In this document: piece after piece, positions 19,769-30,159 of the stretch
How the letters are laid out: every line of letters starts with the position of its first letter
Numbering within the stretch: the first letter of the stretch is position 1
Source of the DNA: Gammaproteobacteria bacterium
GTDB lineage: Bacteria; Pseudomonadota; Gammaproteobacteria; Steroidobacterales; SZUA-146
DNA: 52,069 bases
Assembly: GCA_013002925.1 (NCBI GenBank)
Contig: JABDLQ010000165.1
Location: 1 to 52,069, forward strand
Reading direction: 5' to 3'
Program-made: the position numbers and the translations under genes
The notes under the pieces: generated by a model
Databases searched by the model: none
Told to the model about the DNA's origin: nothing
Seen by the model: the letters and a program-made list of their open reading frames with translations, nothing else

Positions 19769-21833
19769 CGATCCAGCGGTCTATCAGCGGCCGGATGTTC
19801 GATGGATGCCTGCGCATGATACGTTCGGCAGCGCGCTGGACGACGGGCAACAAATCGGAGTCCCTGACCACCTCGGCAATCCGCATTTGTAAACGCCCCG
19901 TTTGACGGGTACCCAGAACTTCGCCAGGCCCGCGCAGACGCAAATCCTCCTCTGCGATAACAAAACCGTCGGTCGTCCCGCGAATGACTTCAAGGCGTTT
20001 GCGCGCATTGCCCTGTATCGGTGGCTTGTACAGCAGCACGCATGTGCTGCTGCGTTCGCCACGGCCAATTCGGCCACGCAACTGGTGCAACTGTGCCAGC
20101 CCCATGCGCTCGGCATTTTCGATTACCATCAGGCTGGCGTTGGGCACGTCGACACCAACTTCGATGACCGTGGTCGCCACCAGCAAGTCGATCTTGCCTG
20201 CAACAAAATCTGCCATGGCCCGCTCTTTTTGTGCCGGTTTCATCTGGCCATGAATGAGGCCAACGCTGAGCCGGCCAAGCTCACTTTGCAAATTGGCTGC
20301 CGTCACTTCTGCCGCCTCACAATCCAGCACTTCCGATTCCCCCACCAACGGACAAACCCAGTAAGCTTGCTGCTCTTTGGCGCAGGCGGCAGCAATACGT
20401 GCCACCACCGCCTCCCGTTTTTGCTCCGACATCACCACCGTTTGCACCGGCTTGCGCCCCGGTGGCAGCTCATCGATCACCGAGCAGTCCAAATCCGCAT
20501 AGGCGCTCATTGCAAGGGTGCGCGGAATTGGTGTGGCGGTCATCACCAACTGGTGCGGGAACAACCCGGCGGGACCTTTTGCTTTTAATAACAACCGCTG
20601 ATGCACACCGAAACGGTGTTGTTCATCGACGACCGCCAACGCCAGGTTGGCAAATTCTACGCGTTCCTGAAACAGCGCATGGGTGCCGATGACAACATCA
20701 GCTACTCCCGCTTTAATACTTTGCAGAGCTTCGCGCTGAATTTTCGCAGGCATTTTCGACGTCAAACCCGCCACCGTGATCCCAAGGGGTGTCAGCCAGT
20801 CCTCGAAAGAGCGCAAATGCTGATCCGCCAACAATTCAGTCGGTGCCATGACGGCAACCTGGGCTTCACATTCAATGGCCCGGAGTGCGGCCACCGCTGC
20901 CACCACGGTTTTGCCCGATCCGACATCGCCCTGCAGCAGGCGCAACATCGGTCTGCAGCTGTCCATGTCGTGAAGGATTTCACCGACAACACGTTGCTGC
21001 GCTGTGGTGAGCTCAAAGGGCAGATGTCGATAAAACCGCTCGATTAATTGACCAGTACCGCGCAATACCGGCCCGGGATCGTTTTGTAATCGCTCGCGCA
21101 GCAACCGCAAACTCAGATGGTGGGCAAGCAGTTCATCAAAAGCGAGGCGTCGTTGACATGGATGAGTTCCGCCGTTGAGCTGATCGATGGAAATCTCAGC
21201 CGGCGGTGCATGCACCATAAGGACTGCCTGATCGATATCCGGAAAGCCCAGTTCCGTCAACACCTCTGCAGGCACCCAGTCCGGTAGTTGGGTGGTGCGC
21301 ATCAATGCCAGAGCCCGACCGATGAATTGCCGCAGACGAGCCTGATGCAGCCCTTCCGTAACCGGATAAATTGGCGTCAGCGCCTTTTCCAGAACCTGGC
21401 TGTCATTGTCTTTTAGTACGCGATACTCCGGGTGAATCATTTCCTTGTGGCGTGCGCCAAACCGTACTTCGCCAAAACAGCGAATCCGGCTGCCGCGTCT
21501 CAGGTTGTTTTTCTGAGCGTTCGAAAAATAGAAAAACCGCAATGCCATCACGCCAGTGCCATCGCTGATGTTGCAGATAAGTGCGCGCCGACCGCGAAAT
21601 ACAATATCAGCAAGCTCGATCACGCCTTCGATGACAACGCGCTGTCCAACCTGGGCCGCACCGATGGACGTGATTCGAGTGCGGTCCTCATAGCGCATGG
21701 GCAAGTAGAACAACAAATCAATTATTTGCCGTATGCCAATCTTCGCAAGCAATTTTTCTACCGCCGGTCCGACACCGCTGAGCTTGGCAACAGACTGGTT
21801 CAGGGTAGCGCAGGCAGCCGCACTATCGGACAC
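19740..21833 (-). CDS. recG: ATP-dependent DNA helicase RecG
   Basis: 697-aa ORF with an N-terminal wedge/OB region and SF2 motifs (LLQGDVGSGKT, VVDEQHRFG, QLRGRIGRG). Confidence 0.94.
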   Translation of the reverse strand: MSDSAAACATLNQSVAKLSGVGPAVEKLLAKIGIRQIIDLLFYLPMRYEDRTRITSIGAAQVGQRVVIEGVIELADIVFRGRRALICNISDGTGVMALRFFYFSNAQKNNLRRGSRIRCFGEVRFGARHKEMIHPEYRVLKDNDSQVLEKALTPIYPVTEGLHQARLRQFIGRALALMRTTQLPDWVPAEVLTELGFPDIDQAVLMVHAPPAEISIDQLNGGTHPCQRRLAFDELLAHHLSLRLLRERLQNDPGPVLRGTGQLIERFYRHLPFELTTAQQRVVGEILHDMDSCRPMLRLLQGDVGSGKTVVAAVAALRAIECEAQVAVMAPTELLADQHLRSFEDWLTPLGITVAGLTSKMPAKIQREALQSIKAGVADVVIGTHALFQERVEFANLALAVVDEQHRFGVHQRLLLKAKGPAGLFPHQLVMTATPIPRTLAMSAYADLDCSVIDELPPGRKPVQTVVMSEQKREAVVARIAAACAKEQQAYWVCPLVGESEVLDCEAAEVTAANLQSELGRLSVGLIHGQMKPAQKERAMADFVAGKIDLLVATTVIEVGVDVPNASLMVIENAERMGLAQLHQLRGRIGRGERSSTCVLLYKPPIQGNARKRLEVIRGTTDGFVIAEEDLRLRGPGEVLGTRQTGRLQMRIAEVVRDSDLLPVVQRAAERIMRRHPSNIRPLIDRWIDAQGQYGGV

Positions 21834-21853
21834 AGAAACCGGGCCGCATAAAA

Positions 21854-22234
21854 TCAGATGACCAGCACGGCATCAACTTCAACCGCAGCGTCTTTTGGCA
21901 AGGCCGCGACCTGCACGGCAGCGCGGGCAGGATAAGGTGCCCGCAAACATTCCTCCATCACGCGATTGACGATGGTGAAATTGTTCAGATCTGTCAGATA
22001 AACGTTGAATTTAACTGCGCTGTTAAGATCCCCACCGGCAGCTTTCGCCACGGCGCCAAGATTGGCAAATACCTGGCGGGTTTGTGCTTCAAAATCACCG
22101 CTGATCATTTGACCCGTACCAGGCGCCAGCGGTATCTGGCCTGACAGGTAGACCGTCCGATCGCATTTGATTGCCTGCGAATAGGTGCCGATTGCATCGG
22201 GTGCATCTTTTGTAGTGATTACTTCTTTTTTCAT
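21854..22234 (-). CDS. ridA: RidA-family reactive enamine/imine deaminase
   Basis: 126-aa ORF with typical YjgF/RidA sequence (APDAIGTYSQAI, YLSGQIP, PARAAVQVAALPKDA). Confidence 0.9.
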   Translation of the reverse strand: MKKEVITTKDAPDAIGTYSQAIKCDRTVYLSGQIPLAPGTGQMISGDFEAQTRQVFANLGAVAKAAGGDLNSAVKFNVYLTDLNNFTIVNRVMEECLRAPYPARAAVQVAALPKDAAVEVDAVLVI

Positions 22235-22276
22235 GTGTTACCCCAAAAACAAAATATTTGCGACGCAAAACGTCTG

Positions 22277-24451
22277 TCAGGCGCACACACGTTCTACCAG
22301 GATAGCGTCGGGCATGCTGTCAATCTGTTTGATGACCCGCCGCAAATGTTCCGCGTTCTTGACTTTTATCATGAAGCTCAAACTCGAGGCATCGCCGTCG
22401 GAATCGACTACTTCCACATGTTCGATGTTCGAATTCGCATCAGATATGCGCGCCGCAACCGATGCCAGCACACCCACTTTGTCCAACGCTTCAACTTTTA
22501 TCGCAACAGTAAACAAAGTCGTGATGTTATCCTGCCACGAGACATTGATCCATTTGTCGGGTTGCTTGCGAAATTCCGCAAGATTACCGCATTCGTGCCG
22601 ATGCACAACCAGCCCCCGCCCAGTGCTCAGGTAACCCATTACGGCGTCGCCCGGGACCGGGTAACAGCATTTCCCGAAATTCACAAACATTCCCTCGGTC
22701 CCGGCGATACTCAGCTCACCGTGTTGACGCCCGTTGTCCTGCGGATCCGGTTCCTGTTCTTCGCCGGTTGTCACCAGTCGCCGCGCAATCAGCGGCGCCA
22801 GTTGATGTCCCATGCCGATCTCTTCATACAGTTTGTCCTCATCCGCAAGCTCCAGCGCACTCAGCAGTTCGTCCATTTTCTCCGTCGGCACCTTGCGAAT
22901 TTTGGTATCCAGTTCAGCCAACGCATTTTCCAGTAAGCGCAAACCCATCCGCACAGCCTGGCTTGCCCGCAGATTTTTCAGGTAGTGCCGAATGGCGCTG
23001 CGCGCTTTGGCTGTCACAACAAAATTCAGCCATGCCGGACTCGGATGCGCGCCTTTGCGGGTATTAATGCTCACGGTCTGGCCGTTTTTCAAAATCGAGC
23101 GTAACGGTACGCGGCGTCGGTCAACCGTTGCGCCCACGCAGCGATCTCCAATGTCCGTGTGCACTGCATAGGCAAAATCGATGGGAGTTGAACCGCGCGG
23201 GAGTCGCAATATATCTCCGCGCGGTGTAAACACATACACCTTATCCGGAAACAGGTCGATCTTGACGTTTTCGAGAAACTCTTCCGAGTTGGTATCACTA
23301 TTAAAATCCACCACTTTTGACAACCACTCGCGAGCGCGTTTCTGTGGTGCTGCTTCTTCGCTTTGATCGGTTTTGTATAACCAGTGTGCGGCAATCCCGG
23401 AATTGGCAAAATTATCCATGTGGCGCGTGCGTATTTGTACTTCCAGCGGCATGCCTTTGGGCCCCACCAATGTCGTGTGCAAGGACTGATAACCGTTCAG
23501 GCGGGGTATGGCAATATAGTCTTTGAACCGGCCCAGCATCGGTCGAAACATCCGATGTATCTGGCCCAGCACGCGGTAACATTGATCGACATCATCGACC
23601 ACGATGCGAAATCCGTAGACATCCACAATTTCATCCAAAGGGAGTTCTTTGCGCCGCATTTTCAGATACACACTGTAGATGTGTTTCTCACGCCCGGTGA
23701 CTTCTGCAAGAATATGCTGCTCCAGCAGTGTCTTTTGAAATTTGGCGGAAATTCGCTTGATGACACGCTTCTGGCCGCCCGACGCCTCTTTCAGGCTCCG
23801 CTCAATGACCTGATAACGCTTCGGATACAAGTTGCGAAAACCGAGATCCTCCAGCTCGAGACGGATGTCATTAATGCCCAACCGGTTTGCGATTGGCGCA
23901 TATATCTCGAGCGTCTCGCGTGCGATTCGCCGCCGCTTTTCCACTGGCATCGCACCCAGCGTACGCATGTTGTGCAGGCGATCGGCGAGTTTCAATAATA
24001 TCACGCGGATGTCACGAGCCATCGCCAGCATCATCTTGCGTAAACTTTCGGCCTGCGCTTCCGCTTTGCTTTTAAATTGAATCTGATCCAGCTTGCTGAC
24101 GCCATCAACAAGCTCCGCCACTTCTTCGCCAAACTCCTCGACTATTTGTTCCTTCGCCGTGGGCGTGTCTTCAATTACATCGTGGAGAATAGCTGCCGCG
24201 ATACTTTGATAATCAAGGTTCAGGTCAGCCAGGATGCTGGCTACTGCAATGGGATGGGAAATGTAACGCTCACCGCTCATGCGGGTTTGGCCGCTATGCG
24301 CTTCTGCGCCAAAGTCGTAGGCGCGTCGCACCATCTGGATTTGTTCGGCCGGCAGGTAGGTTCGCAGTTTTGTTAGCAGGCCACGCGCGCCATCGAGGGT
24401 CCAACCCCTGCCAAGCGGTAACCGCCCTAGGAAAGTTGCAGCTGAGTCCAC
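22277..24451 (-). CDS. spoT: Bifunctional (p)ppGpp synthetase/hydrolase SpoT
   Basis: 724-aa RSH protein with an HD hydrolase domain (HPIAVA...HDVIEDT), a synthetase domain (YQSLHTT), and TGS and ACT regions. It lies downstream of rpoZ as in E. coli and Pseudomonas. It is about 18 aa longer at the N-terminus than E. coli SpoT, so the true start may be internal. Confidence 0.93.
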   Translation of the reverse strand: MDSAATFLGRLPLGRGWTLDGARGLLTKLRTYLPAEQIQMVRRAYDFGAEAHSGQTRMSGERYISHPIAVASILADLNLDYQSIAAAILHDVIEDTPTAKEQIVEEFGEEVAELVDGVSKLDQIQFKSKAEAQAESLRKMMLAMARDIRVILLKLADRLHNMRTLGAMPVEKRRRIARETLEIYAPIANRLGINDIRLELEDLGFRNLYPKRYQVIERSLKEASGGQKRVIKRISAKFQKTLLEQHILAEVTGREKHIYSVYLKMRRKELPLDEIVDVYGFRIVVDDVDQCYRVLGQIHRMFRPMLGRFKDYIAIPRLNGYQSLHTTLVGPKGMPLEVQIRTRHMDNFANSGIAAHWLYKTDQSEEAAPQKRAREWLSKVVDFNSDTNSEEFLENVKIDLFPDKVYVFTPRGDILRLPRGSTPIDFAYAVHTDIGDRCVGATVDRRRVPLRSILKNGQTVSINTRKGAHPSPAWLNFVVTAKARSAIRHYLKNLRASQAVRMGLRLLENALAELDTKIRKVPTEKMDELLSALELADEDKLYEEIGMGHQLAPLIARRLVTTGEEQEPDPQDNGRQHGELSIAGTEGMFVNFGKCCYPVPGDAVMGYLSTGRGLVVHRHECGNLAEFRKQPDKWINVSWQDNITTLFTVAIKVEALDKVGVLASVAARISDANSNIEHVEVVDSDGDASSLSFMIKVKNAEHLRRVIKQIDSMPDAILVERVCA

Positions 24452-24490
24452 GGCTTCACCCGAGCCGGCTGCAGACGCGCGTCAGACCAT

Positions 24491-24772
24491 CTAGGAGATC
24501 GGCAGCAACGGCGGCAGAGGCAAATCAGATCGAGCGTCTTTTCCTTCCTGCTCATTTTCATCAATTTCGTAGTCAGCTTCCTGCAGGATCGTGGAAGTAA
24601 TCAGACCTTCAGCAATTTCCCGCAATGCAATTACAGTGGGTTTATCGTTATCCTCCGGAACCAGCGGCGGTGCGCCGTTGGCAATACGGCGCGCGCGCTT
24701 GGCAGCTACCAGCACCAGGTCAAACAGGTTGTCGACATTTTCCAAGCAATCTTCAACAGTAATTCGAGCCAT
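24491..24772 (-). CDS. rpoZ: DNA-directed RNA polymerase subunit omega
   Basis: 93-aa ORF starting [29 protein letters not shown], the canonical RpoZ N-terminus. Confidence 0.95.
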   Translation of the reverse strand: MARITVEDCLENVDNLFDLVLVAAKRARRIANGAPPLVPEDNDKPTVIALREIAEGLITSTILQEADYEIDENEQEGKDARSDLPLPPLLPIS

Positions 24773-24926
24773 TTCTTTCCCTGCCTGGCGGTCTGTGTGA
24801 CCGCGTTTTATCTATAGTAGGTGATGTCTGGGCATTTGCAACAGACCAAGGGGCCCGAGTTTACTGAAAGGTGGAAGGCTGATCCAGTGGCGATTGGCCA
24901 CAGACTGGACGCAAGGCGCCGTCAGG

Positions 24927-25586
24927 CTACTTCAGCAACTCCTCAACCAACGCATGCAGCTGGGGCCGGCGACTCGCCAAATCATCACCCTGACCACTGA
25001 TGATTGCGCCCAACTCTTTGACTGCTCTCTCAAAATCGTCATTGACGACAACGTAATCAAACTCGTGCCAGTGACTCATGTCCTCCACGGAGTCCTGCAG
25101 TCTGCGCGCAATCACCGCATCCGTATCGGTACTGCGGCCGCGTAACCGCTGTTCGAGCGTTGCGCGCGATGGCGGCAAAATAAATACGCTCTGGCTGTCC
25201 GGCATGCTGGCTTTCACCTGGCGCGCGCCCTGCCAGTCGATCTCCAGAACCACATTCTTGCCGCGTGCAAACAGCGCCTCGACCTGCGCCCTGCCGGTCC
25301 CGTAATAATTGTCAAACACCTGGGCGTGCTCCAGCAACTTGCCGTCGCGCCGCAGCTGATCGAACTGCTCGAGCGACACAAAATAGTAGTCCTGCCCTTC
25401 TACCTCGGTGTCGCGCCGTGACCGGGTCGTAAAAGAAACCGAGATCGACAGATCGTCGCGCTCGCGGTCCAATGCCCGCACCAGCGAGGTCTTGCCTGCG
25501 CCCGAGGGTGCGGACACGACAAACAGGCGGCGGGCAGGTCGCGCTTTGCCAAACCGGTTTTTGATCCACTGCAGGAAACCACGCAT
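24927..25586 (-). CDS. gmk: Guanylate kinase
   Basis: 219-aa ORF with P-loop SAPSGAGKTS and the guanylate kinase core (TTRSRRDTEVEGQDYYFV). Confidence 0.93.
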   Translation of the reverse strand: MRGFLQWIKNRFGKARPARRLFVVSAPSGAGKTSLVRALDRERDDLSISVSFTTRSRRDTEVEGQDYYFVSLEQFDQLRRDGKLLEHAQVFDNYYGTGRAQVEALFARGKNVVLEIDWQGARQVKASMPDSQSVFILPPSRATLEQRLRGRSTDTDAVIARRLQDSVEDMSHWHEFDYVVVNDDFERAVKELGAIISGQGDDLASRRPQLHALVEELLK

Positions 25587-25588
25587 AG

Positions 25589-26452
25589 CTATTCGATGTT
25601 CTGCACTTGCTCGCGCATTTGCTCGATCAACACTTTCAGCTCCACGGCCAGTTTGGTCGTAACCGTATCCTGGGATTTTGACGACAAGGTATTGGCCTCA
25701 CGATTGAATTCCTGCATCAGAAAGTCCAGGCGCCGGCCAATTGCCCCATCCGCCGCGACGATATCCCGCGTTTCGGTCACGTGGCTGTCCAGTCTGTCCA
25801 ACTCCTCATCCACGTCTGCTTTATTTAACAACAGCGCGATCTCGGTCTCCAGCCGGCCTTCGTCAGCACTGACATCGAGGGCGTCAAGTCGCGCATGCAG
25901 TTTTTCCCGAATATGCTTGCGCACTTCAGGTAAACGGTCGCGCACTTGCGTCACCAGCGCAGTGATGTCCTGGCAGCGAGACAGCAACAAGACTGCCAGG
26001 CGCTCGCCCTCACCACTGCGGCTGGCAACCAGATCCTGCAGCGCAGAATCCAGTAACTCCATCGCTGTTTTCTGGATGCTGGCCAGGTCTCTTTCCGGCT
26101 CCATCACCACTCCTGGCCAGCGCAGAACATCTGCCGCCGTCATTGCTTCACCACCAAATTTCCCGGCGAGAGCCGCACTGGTCCGTGCCAGTATGTCGAC
26201 AAGTTCAGGATTGAGGTTAATATCATTTTGCCGGGCCAGCTGGGGCGAATACCGGAAGTTGATGTCGAGCTTCCCGCGATTGATGAACTTCGCCACCCGT
26301 TTGCGGATCGCCGGATCCAGCGCGCGTAACTCTTCAGGAACACGAATACTCATTTCCAGATATCGGTGGTTGACCGCTCTCATTTCAACGGCCAGATCGC
26401 CCCAGTCCGCACTGATGTCCTGTCGCGAAAATCCCGTCATACTGCGTGCCAT
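25589..26452 (-). CDS. yicC: YicC-family stress-induced protein
   Basis: YicC-like N-terminus (MTGFSRQ) and C-terminus (EFNREANTLSSKS...KVLIEQMREQVQNIE). Start set at the ATG at 26450-26452, which follows a GGAG RBS. The longer track ORF adds an implausible 43 aa. Confidence 0.88.
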   Translation of the reverse strand: MARSMTGFSRQDISADWGDLAVEMRAVNHRYLEMSIRVPEELRALDPAIRKRVAKFINRGKLDINFRYSPQLARQNDINLNPELVDILARTSAALAGKFGGEAMTAADVLRWPGVVMEPERDLASIQKTAMELLDSALQDLVASRSGEGERLAVLLLSRCQDITALVTQVRDRLPEVRKHIREKLHARLDALDVSADEGRLETEIALLLNKADVDEELDRLDSHVTETRDIVAADGAIGRRLDFLMQEFNREANTLSSKSQDTVTTKLAVELKVLIEQMREQVQNIE

Positions 26453-26622
26453 AAGTGCTCCTTCGGCGTTCAATTTACTCTGTCGTCGTGGCTTTTTGCC
26501 TGACATGTAGGCAATATGCACAGCACGCCATTTTGAGTTCAATGCGAGATTACTGTGCCTGAGCGGCGATGACAAACACATTCATTAAAATCAAATCAGC
26601 AGATCGGGGTGTCAACCGTTAA

Positions 26623-27375
26623 GTGCAAATCGAAATTGCCAGCCTTAGCCTGATTGGCCATCGCGATGAAAACCAGGACAGACTAGCAACCAGGGAGAGG
26701 GATAATGCTGTTTTTGCCGCTGTAGTCGACGGCATGGGCGGACATCACGGCGGCGCGCGCGCCGCTGAAATCGCGACTGCTGTAATGATGGACATGTTCG
26801 AACAGATCGATCTGCCAGTGTTTCACCCACGGGAGTTTCTGTCCCAGTGTATCGAGTCGGCGCACGGCGCAGTAGTCCAGCTGGGTGCTTCCTTACCTCT
26901 GGATGCCCGCCCGCGTGCGACGTGCGCTGTGGCGCTGGTGCAAAATGACAAGGCCTATTGGGCGCATGTCGGAGACAGCCGTGTGTATCACCTGCGCGGC
27001 CGGCGTGTTCAGTCACGCACCCGCGATCACAGCCATATCGAAATCCTGCTGCGCGAAGGTCTGATTCGCGAGGATGAATACCGCGAACACCCATTGCGCA
27101 ATTATGTCGAGCATTGTATCGGCGGCGAACCGCGTGAACCCACCATCAGCATCGCAGGCGCCAAATCCATGGAGCGCGGCGATGTGCTGTTGCTGTGCAC
27201 AGATGGCCTGTGGGGTGGTGCTGATGACGACGTTATTGCCGCGTGTTTTCCCAGCGGTTTTGCGGATCTGGATCTTGGCAGCAATTTACGCGAACTGATG
27301 GAAACCGCCATTGAGGCCGAAGCCCCCCACGGCGACAATACCAGTGCGATTGTGATTCACTGGCTGGGTGAATGA
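26623..27375 (+). CDS. PP2C-family (PPM) serine/threonine protein phosphatase
   Basis: 250-aa ORF with a GTG start and PPM motifs ([26 protein letters not shown]-terminal GDNTSAIV). Confidence 0.85.
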   Translation: MQIEIASLSLIGHRDENQDRLATRERDNAVFAAVVDGMGGHHGGARAAEIATAVMMDMFEQIDLPVFHPREFLSQCIESAHGAVVQLGASLPLDARPRATCAVALVQNDKAYWAHVGDSRVYHLRGRRVQSRTRDHSHIEILLREGLIREDEYREHPLRNYVEHCIGGEPREPTISIAGAKSMERGDVLLLCTDGLWGGADDDVIAACFPSGFADLDLGSNLRELMETAIEAEAPHGDNTSAIVIHWLGE

Positions 27376-27421
27376 ACAGCGCACGAACGACCCGCCATTA
27401 ACTTTAATCAGGAAGATGCTT

Positions 27422-28141
27422 ATGAGACCCAGTGGACGCTCTGCAGATCAGCTGCGGCCGGTCAGCCTGCAATGCAATTTCACCCGTCATGCTGAAGGAT
27501 CAGTCCTGATCAGTTGTGGTGATACACGCGTGCTGTGTAATGCCAGCGTGGAAAACCGGGTGCCGCCCTTTTTGCGCAACAGCGGTAAGGGCTGGGTAAC
27601 GGCCGAATACAGCATGTTACCGCGCTCTACTCATACACGTATGCAGCGCGAAGCAAGCCGCGGGAAACAGTCCGGACGAACACTTGAAATTCAACGCCTG
27701 ATCGGGCGCTCGCTGCGGGCTGCCGTGGACCTGCGCGCGCTCGGCGAGACTACGATTACAGTGGACTGTGACGTATTGCAAGCGGACGGTGGCACCCGCA
27801 CGGCGTCCATTACCGGTGCCTACGTCGCTATGCGCCTTGCTGTCGCGACCATGCTCAAACGCGGTACACTGAAGAGCAATCCTGTGTACGGTCAGGTAGC
27901 TGCAACCAGCGTGGGTATCTTTGCAGGAATGCCGGTCCTCGATCTGGATTATGCGGAAGATTCGGATGCTGAAACCGACATGAATATCGTCATGAATGAA
28001 GCCGGTGCTTTTATCGAGATTCAGGGCACTGCCGAAGGGCATGCCTTTTCGCGCGACGAACTGAATCAGCTGATGGACATGGCACATTCCGGCATAAACG
28101 AACTCATCACGATCCAGAACTCGGCCTTACAGGGAATCTAG
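27422..28141 (+). CDS. rph: Ribonuclease PH
   Basis: [13 protein letters not shown] matches the canonical Rph N-terminus. [14 protein letters not shown] and the TRTASITGA phosphate-binding region are present. AGGAAG lies 6 nt upstream of the ATG at 27422. Confidence 0.94.
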   Translation: MRPSGRSADQLRPVSLQCNFTRHAEGSVLISCGDTRVLCNASVENRVPPFLRNSGKGWVTAEYSMLPRSTHTRMQREASRGKQSGRTLEIQRLIGRSLRAAVDLRALGETTITVDCDVLQADGGTRTASITGAYVAMRLAVATMLKRGTLKSNPVYGQVAATSVGIFAGMPVLDLDYAEDSDAETDMNIVMNEAGAFIEIQGTAEGHAFSRDELNQLMDMAHSGINELITIQNSALQGI

Positions 28142-28150
28142 GCGCACCTC

Positions 28151-28771
28151 ATGTCTCAGCAAACGCTTGTTATAGCCAGCCACAACCGGGGCAAGCTTGT
28201 TGAGATTGCCGACCTGCTGGAGCAGGAATCCCTGAATCTGATCAGCGCAGCAGACGCCGGCATCGGCGATGTCGAGGAAACTGGCCGCACCTTTGTTGAA
28301 AACGCGCTGTTGAAGGCCCGCAATGCTTGCCAGCAAACCGGTCACGCCGCTCTGGGCGATGATTCCGGCCTGGAGGTCGATTACCTCAACGGTGCTCCCG
28401 GCATTTTTTCTTCACGCTTTGCCGGCCCTGATGCGACTGACAGCTCGAACCTGGAAAAACTGCTTACCGCGTTGCAGGGTGTACCCCACGCGCAGCGAAG
28501 CGCGCGCTTTCGCTGTTGTATCGTGGTTTTACGTCACGTAGATGACCCGGCACCTCTGATTTGCGAGGGTTCCTGGGAGGGCCATATTGCCGAAAAAGCC
28601 AAAGGTGACAACGGCTTTGGTTACGATCCGGTATTTTTACCGGGCGACGCCATCGGCACAGCGGCACAGTTATCTGCAGCGCAAAAACAGACGCTCAGTC
28701 ACCGGGCCACGGCTTTACTGCAATTGAAAGCACAGTTGCATCGATTTTTGTGCCACGTCCGGCACGCCTAA
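28151..28771 (+). CDS. rdgB: Non-canonical purine NTP pyrophosphatase (XTP/dITP diphosphatase) RdgB
   Basis: 206-aa Ham1/RdgB-like ORF (IASHNRGKLVEI, DDSGLEVDYLNGAPG, GFGYDPVF, SHRATA). It follows rph as in many gammaproteobacteria. Confidence 0.92.
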   Translation: MSQQTLVIASHNRGKLVEIADLLEQESLNLISAADAGIGDVEETGRTFVENALLKARNACQQTGHAALGDDSGLEVDYLNGAPGIFSSRFAGPDATDSSNLEKLLTALQGVPHAQRSARFRCCIVVLRHVDDPAPLICEGSWEGHIAEKAKGDNGFGYDPVFLPGDAIGTAAQLSAAQKQTLSHRATALLQLKAQLHRFLCHVRHA

Positions 28772-28783
28772 CCAGATTTCATC

Positions 28784-29911
28784 ATGCTGTCTGATCCGGG
28801 GCTTTACGTGCATCTGCCGTGGTGCGTCAGCAAGTGCCCATATTGTGATTTTAATTCCCATGCCATTACCGGGAAGCCGCCGATGGATGCCTATATCGAG
28901 GCGCTCATAATTGACCTCGATGACCAGGTGCAGCGTTTTCAGCCTGAGCCTTTTGGCTCTGTGTTTTTTGGCGGCGGTACTCCCAGTCTGTTCAGTCCCG
29001 CGCAGATCCAGCGGGTACTGGACGCGGCGCAGCGGTTGACCGGCATCACAGCCACGGCAGAAATTACGCTGGAGGCAAATCCGGGTGCATCGGAATACTC
29101 AGCGTTCGCCGATTACCGCGATGCCGGGATCAACCGAATCTCACTGGGAGTGCAGAGTTTCGCAAATGCGCAGTTACAGCAATTGGGCCGCATCCACGAC
29201 GCGGCCGACGCTTATCGGGCCATCGCTGCCGTGCAGGCCAGTGGCATCACACAGCTAAACCTGGACCTGATGTATGGTTTGCCTTCCCAGTCTGTTGATC
29301 TTGCGGTGGCTGACGTCAACGCCGCCATAGCCGCGCATCCCACCCACATTTCTCACTACAACCTGACGATCGAGCCCAACACTCTGTTTGCTGTGCACAC
29401 CCCCGCATTGCCGGATGATGATAGCTGTTATGCCATGCAGGTAGAGTGTCAGGCGCGCCTGCAGGATGCCGGCTACTCGCACTACGAAGTATCCGCTTAT
29501 GCGCGCCACAATTGTGCCGGCCGGCATAATCTCAACTATTGGACATTTGGCGACTATCTGGGGATCGGTGCCGGAGCCCACGGCAAAATCAGCACGGGTC
29601 AGCAGATAACACGCACCAGCAAACCGCGGCATCCCGCCCAGTACCTGGCAAATACGACCGCATTAGCACCGCGGCAGATCGGCGCTGATGATCGCCTGTT
29701 CGAATTCATGCTGAATCGTCTGCGACTGAACCGCCCACTTGTTACGGCGGCTGCGGTTGCGACGCACGCGCTGGATGCACACTCACTAAGTCTTCAACTG
29801 GAAGAGGCCAGGGCCCGGGGTCTGATGGATGAAATTTCTCCTGGCACATGGCAAACGACACCCACGGGCAAGCGCTTTTTGAATGACTTACAGGAAATTT
29901 TCCTTCCATAA
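28784..29911 (+). CDS. hemW: Radical SAM family haem chaperone HemW
   Basis: 375-aa ORF with the radical SAM cluster motif CVSKCPYCDF and HemN-like core motifs (FFGGGTPS, RISLGVQS, YEVSAY). Confidence 0.9.
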   Translation: MLSDPGLYVHLPWCVSKCPYCDFNSHAITGKPPMDAYIEALIIDLDDQVQRFQPEPFGSVFFGGGTPSLFSPAQIQRVLDAAQRLTGITATAEITLEANPGASEYSAFADYRDAGINRISLGVQSFANAQLQQLGRIHDAADAYRAIAAVQASGITQLNLDLMYGLPSQSVDLAVADVNAAIAAHPTHISHYNLTIEPNTLFAVHTPALPDDDSCYAMQVECQARLQDAGYSHYEVSAYARHNCAGRHNLNYWTFGDYLGIGAGAHGKISTGQQITRTSKPRHPAQYLANTTALAPRQIGADDRLFEFMLNRLRLNRPLVTAAAVATHALDAHSLSLQLEEARARGLMDEISPGTWQTTPTGKRFLNDLQEIFLP

Positions 29912-29977
29912 TCAGGTGTTACCTTACTGAGCTCGCACGCGCCTCTACCCGGGGTAGAGTGCTGTCTGCCGGATCAG

Positions 29978-29986
29978 TTATACACA
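29978..29986 (+). promoter_or_regulatory. DnaA-box-like 9-mer TTATACACA (one mismatch to consensus)
   Basis: Read directly from the sequence. It is identical to the E. coli oriC R2 box and lies about 180 bp from the three-box cluster. Confidence 0.45.
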
Positions 29987-30159
29987 CGCTGGCCCAGACC
30001 CGTATCAAAACAGTGAAGTTGGGTTAATAACTGCATTAATCGAATTTAGTTGCCTTCATAACCCTATGATTATCCTAAATTAACATGGATTTGTGTACTT
30101 TTTCACCAATTTAACCTTTGGTAACTGCATAGTGCTTCATATCGCCCTTCGCGCTCATC

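Noticed and set aside
25596-26510. 304-aa plus-strand ORF antisense to yicC.
   Set aside because: It is extremely Ser/Arg-rich and low in complexity, with no motifs. It fully shadows a gene with clear YicC homology, which is typical of an antisense shadow ORF in GC-rich DNA. The same reasoning applies to these ORFs:
- 8167-9021 (+)
- 13995-14624 (+)
- 19902-20588 (+)
- 22235-22936 (+)
- 23384-23998 (+)
- 35432-36082 (-)
- 39689-40366 (-)
- 42324-42803 (-)
- 42918-43760 (-)
- 45412-45912 (-)
- 47116-47679 (-)
- 47925-48563 (+)
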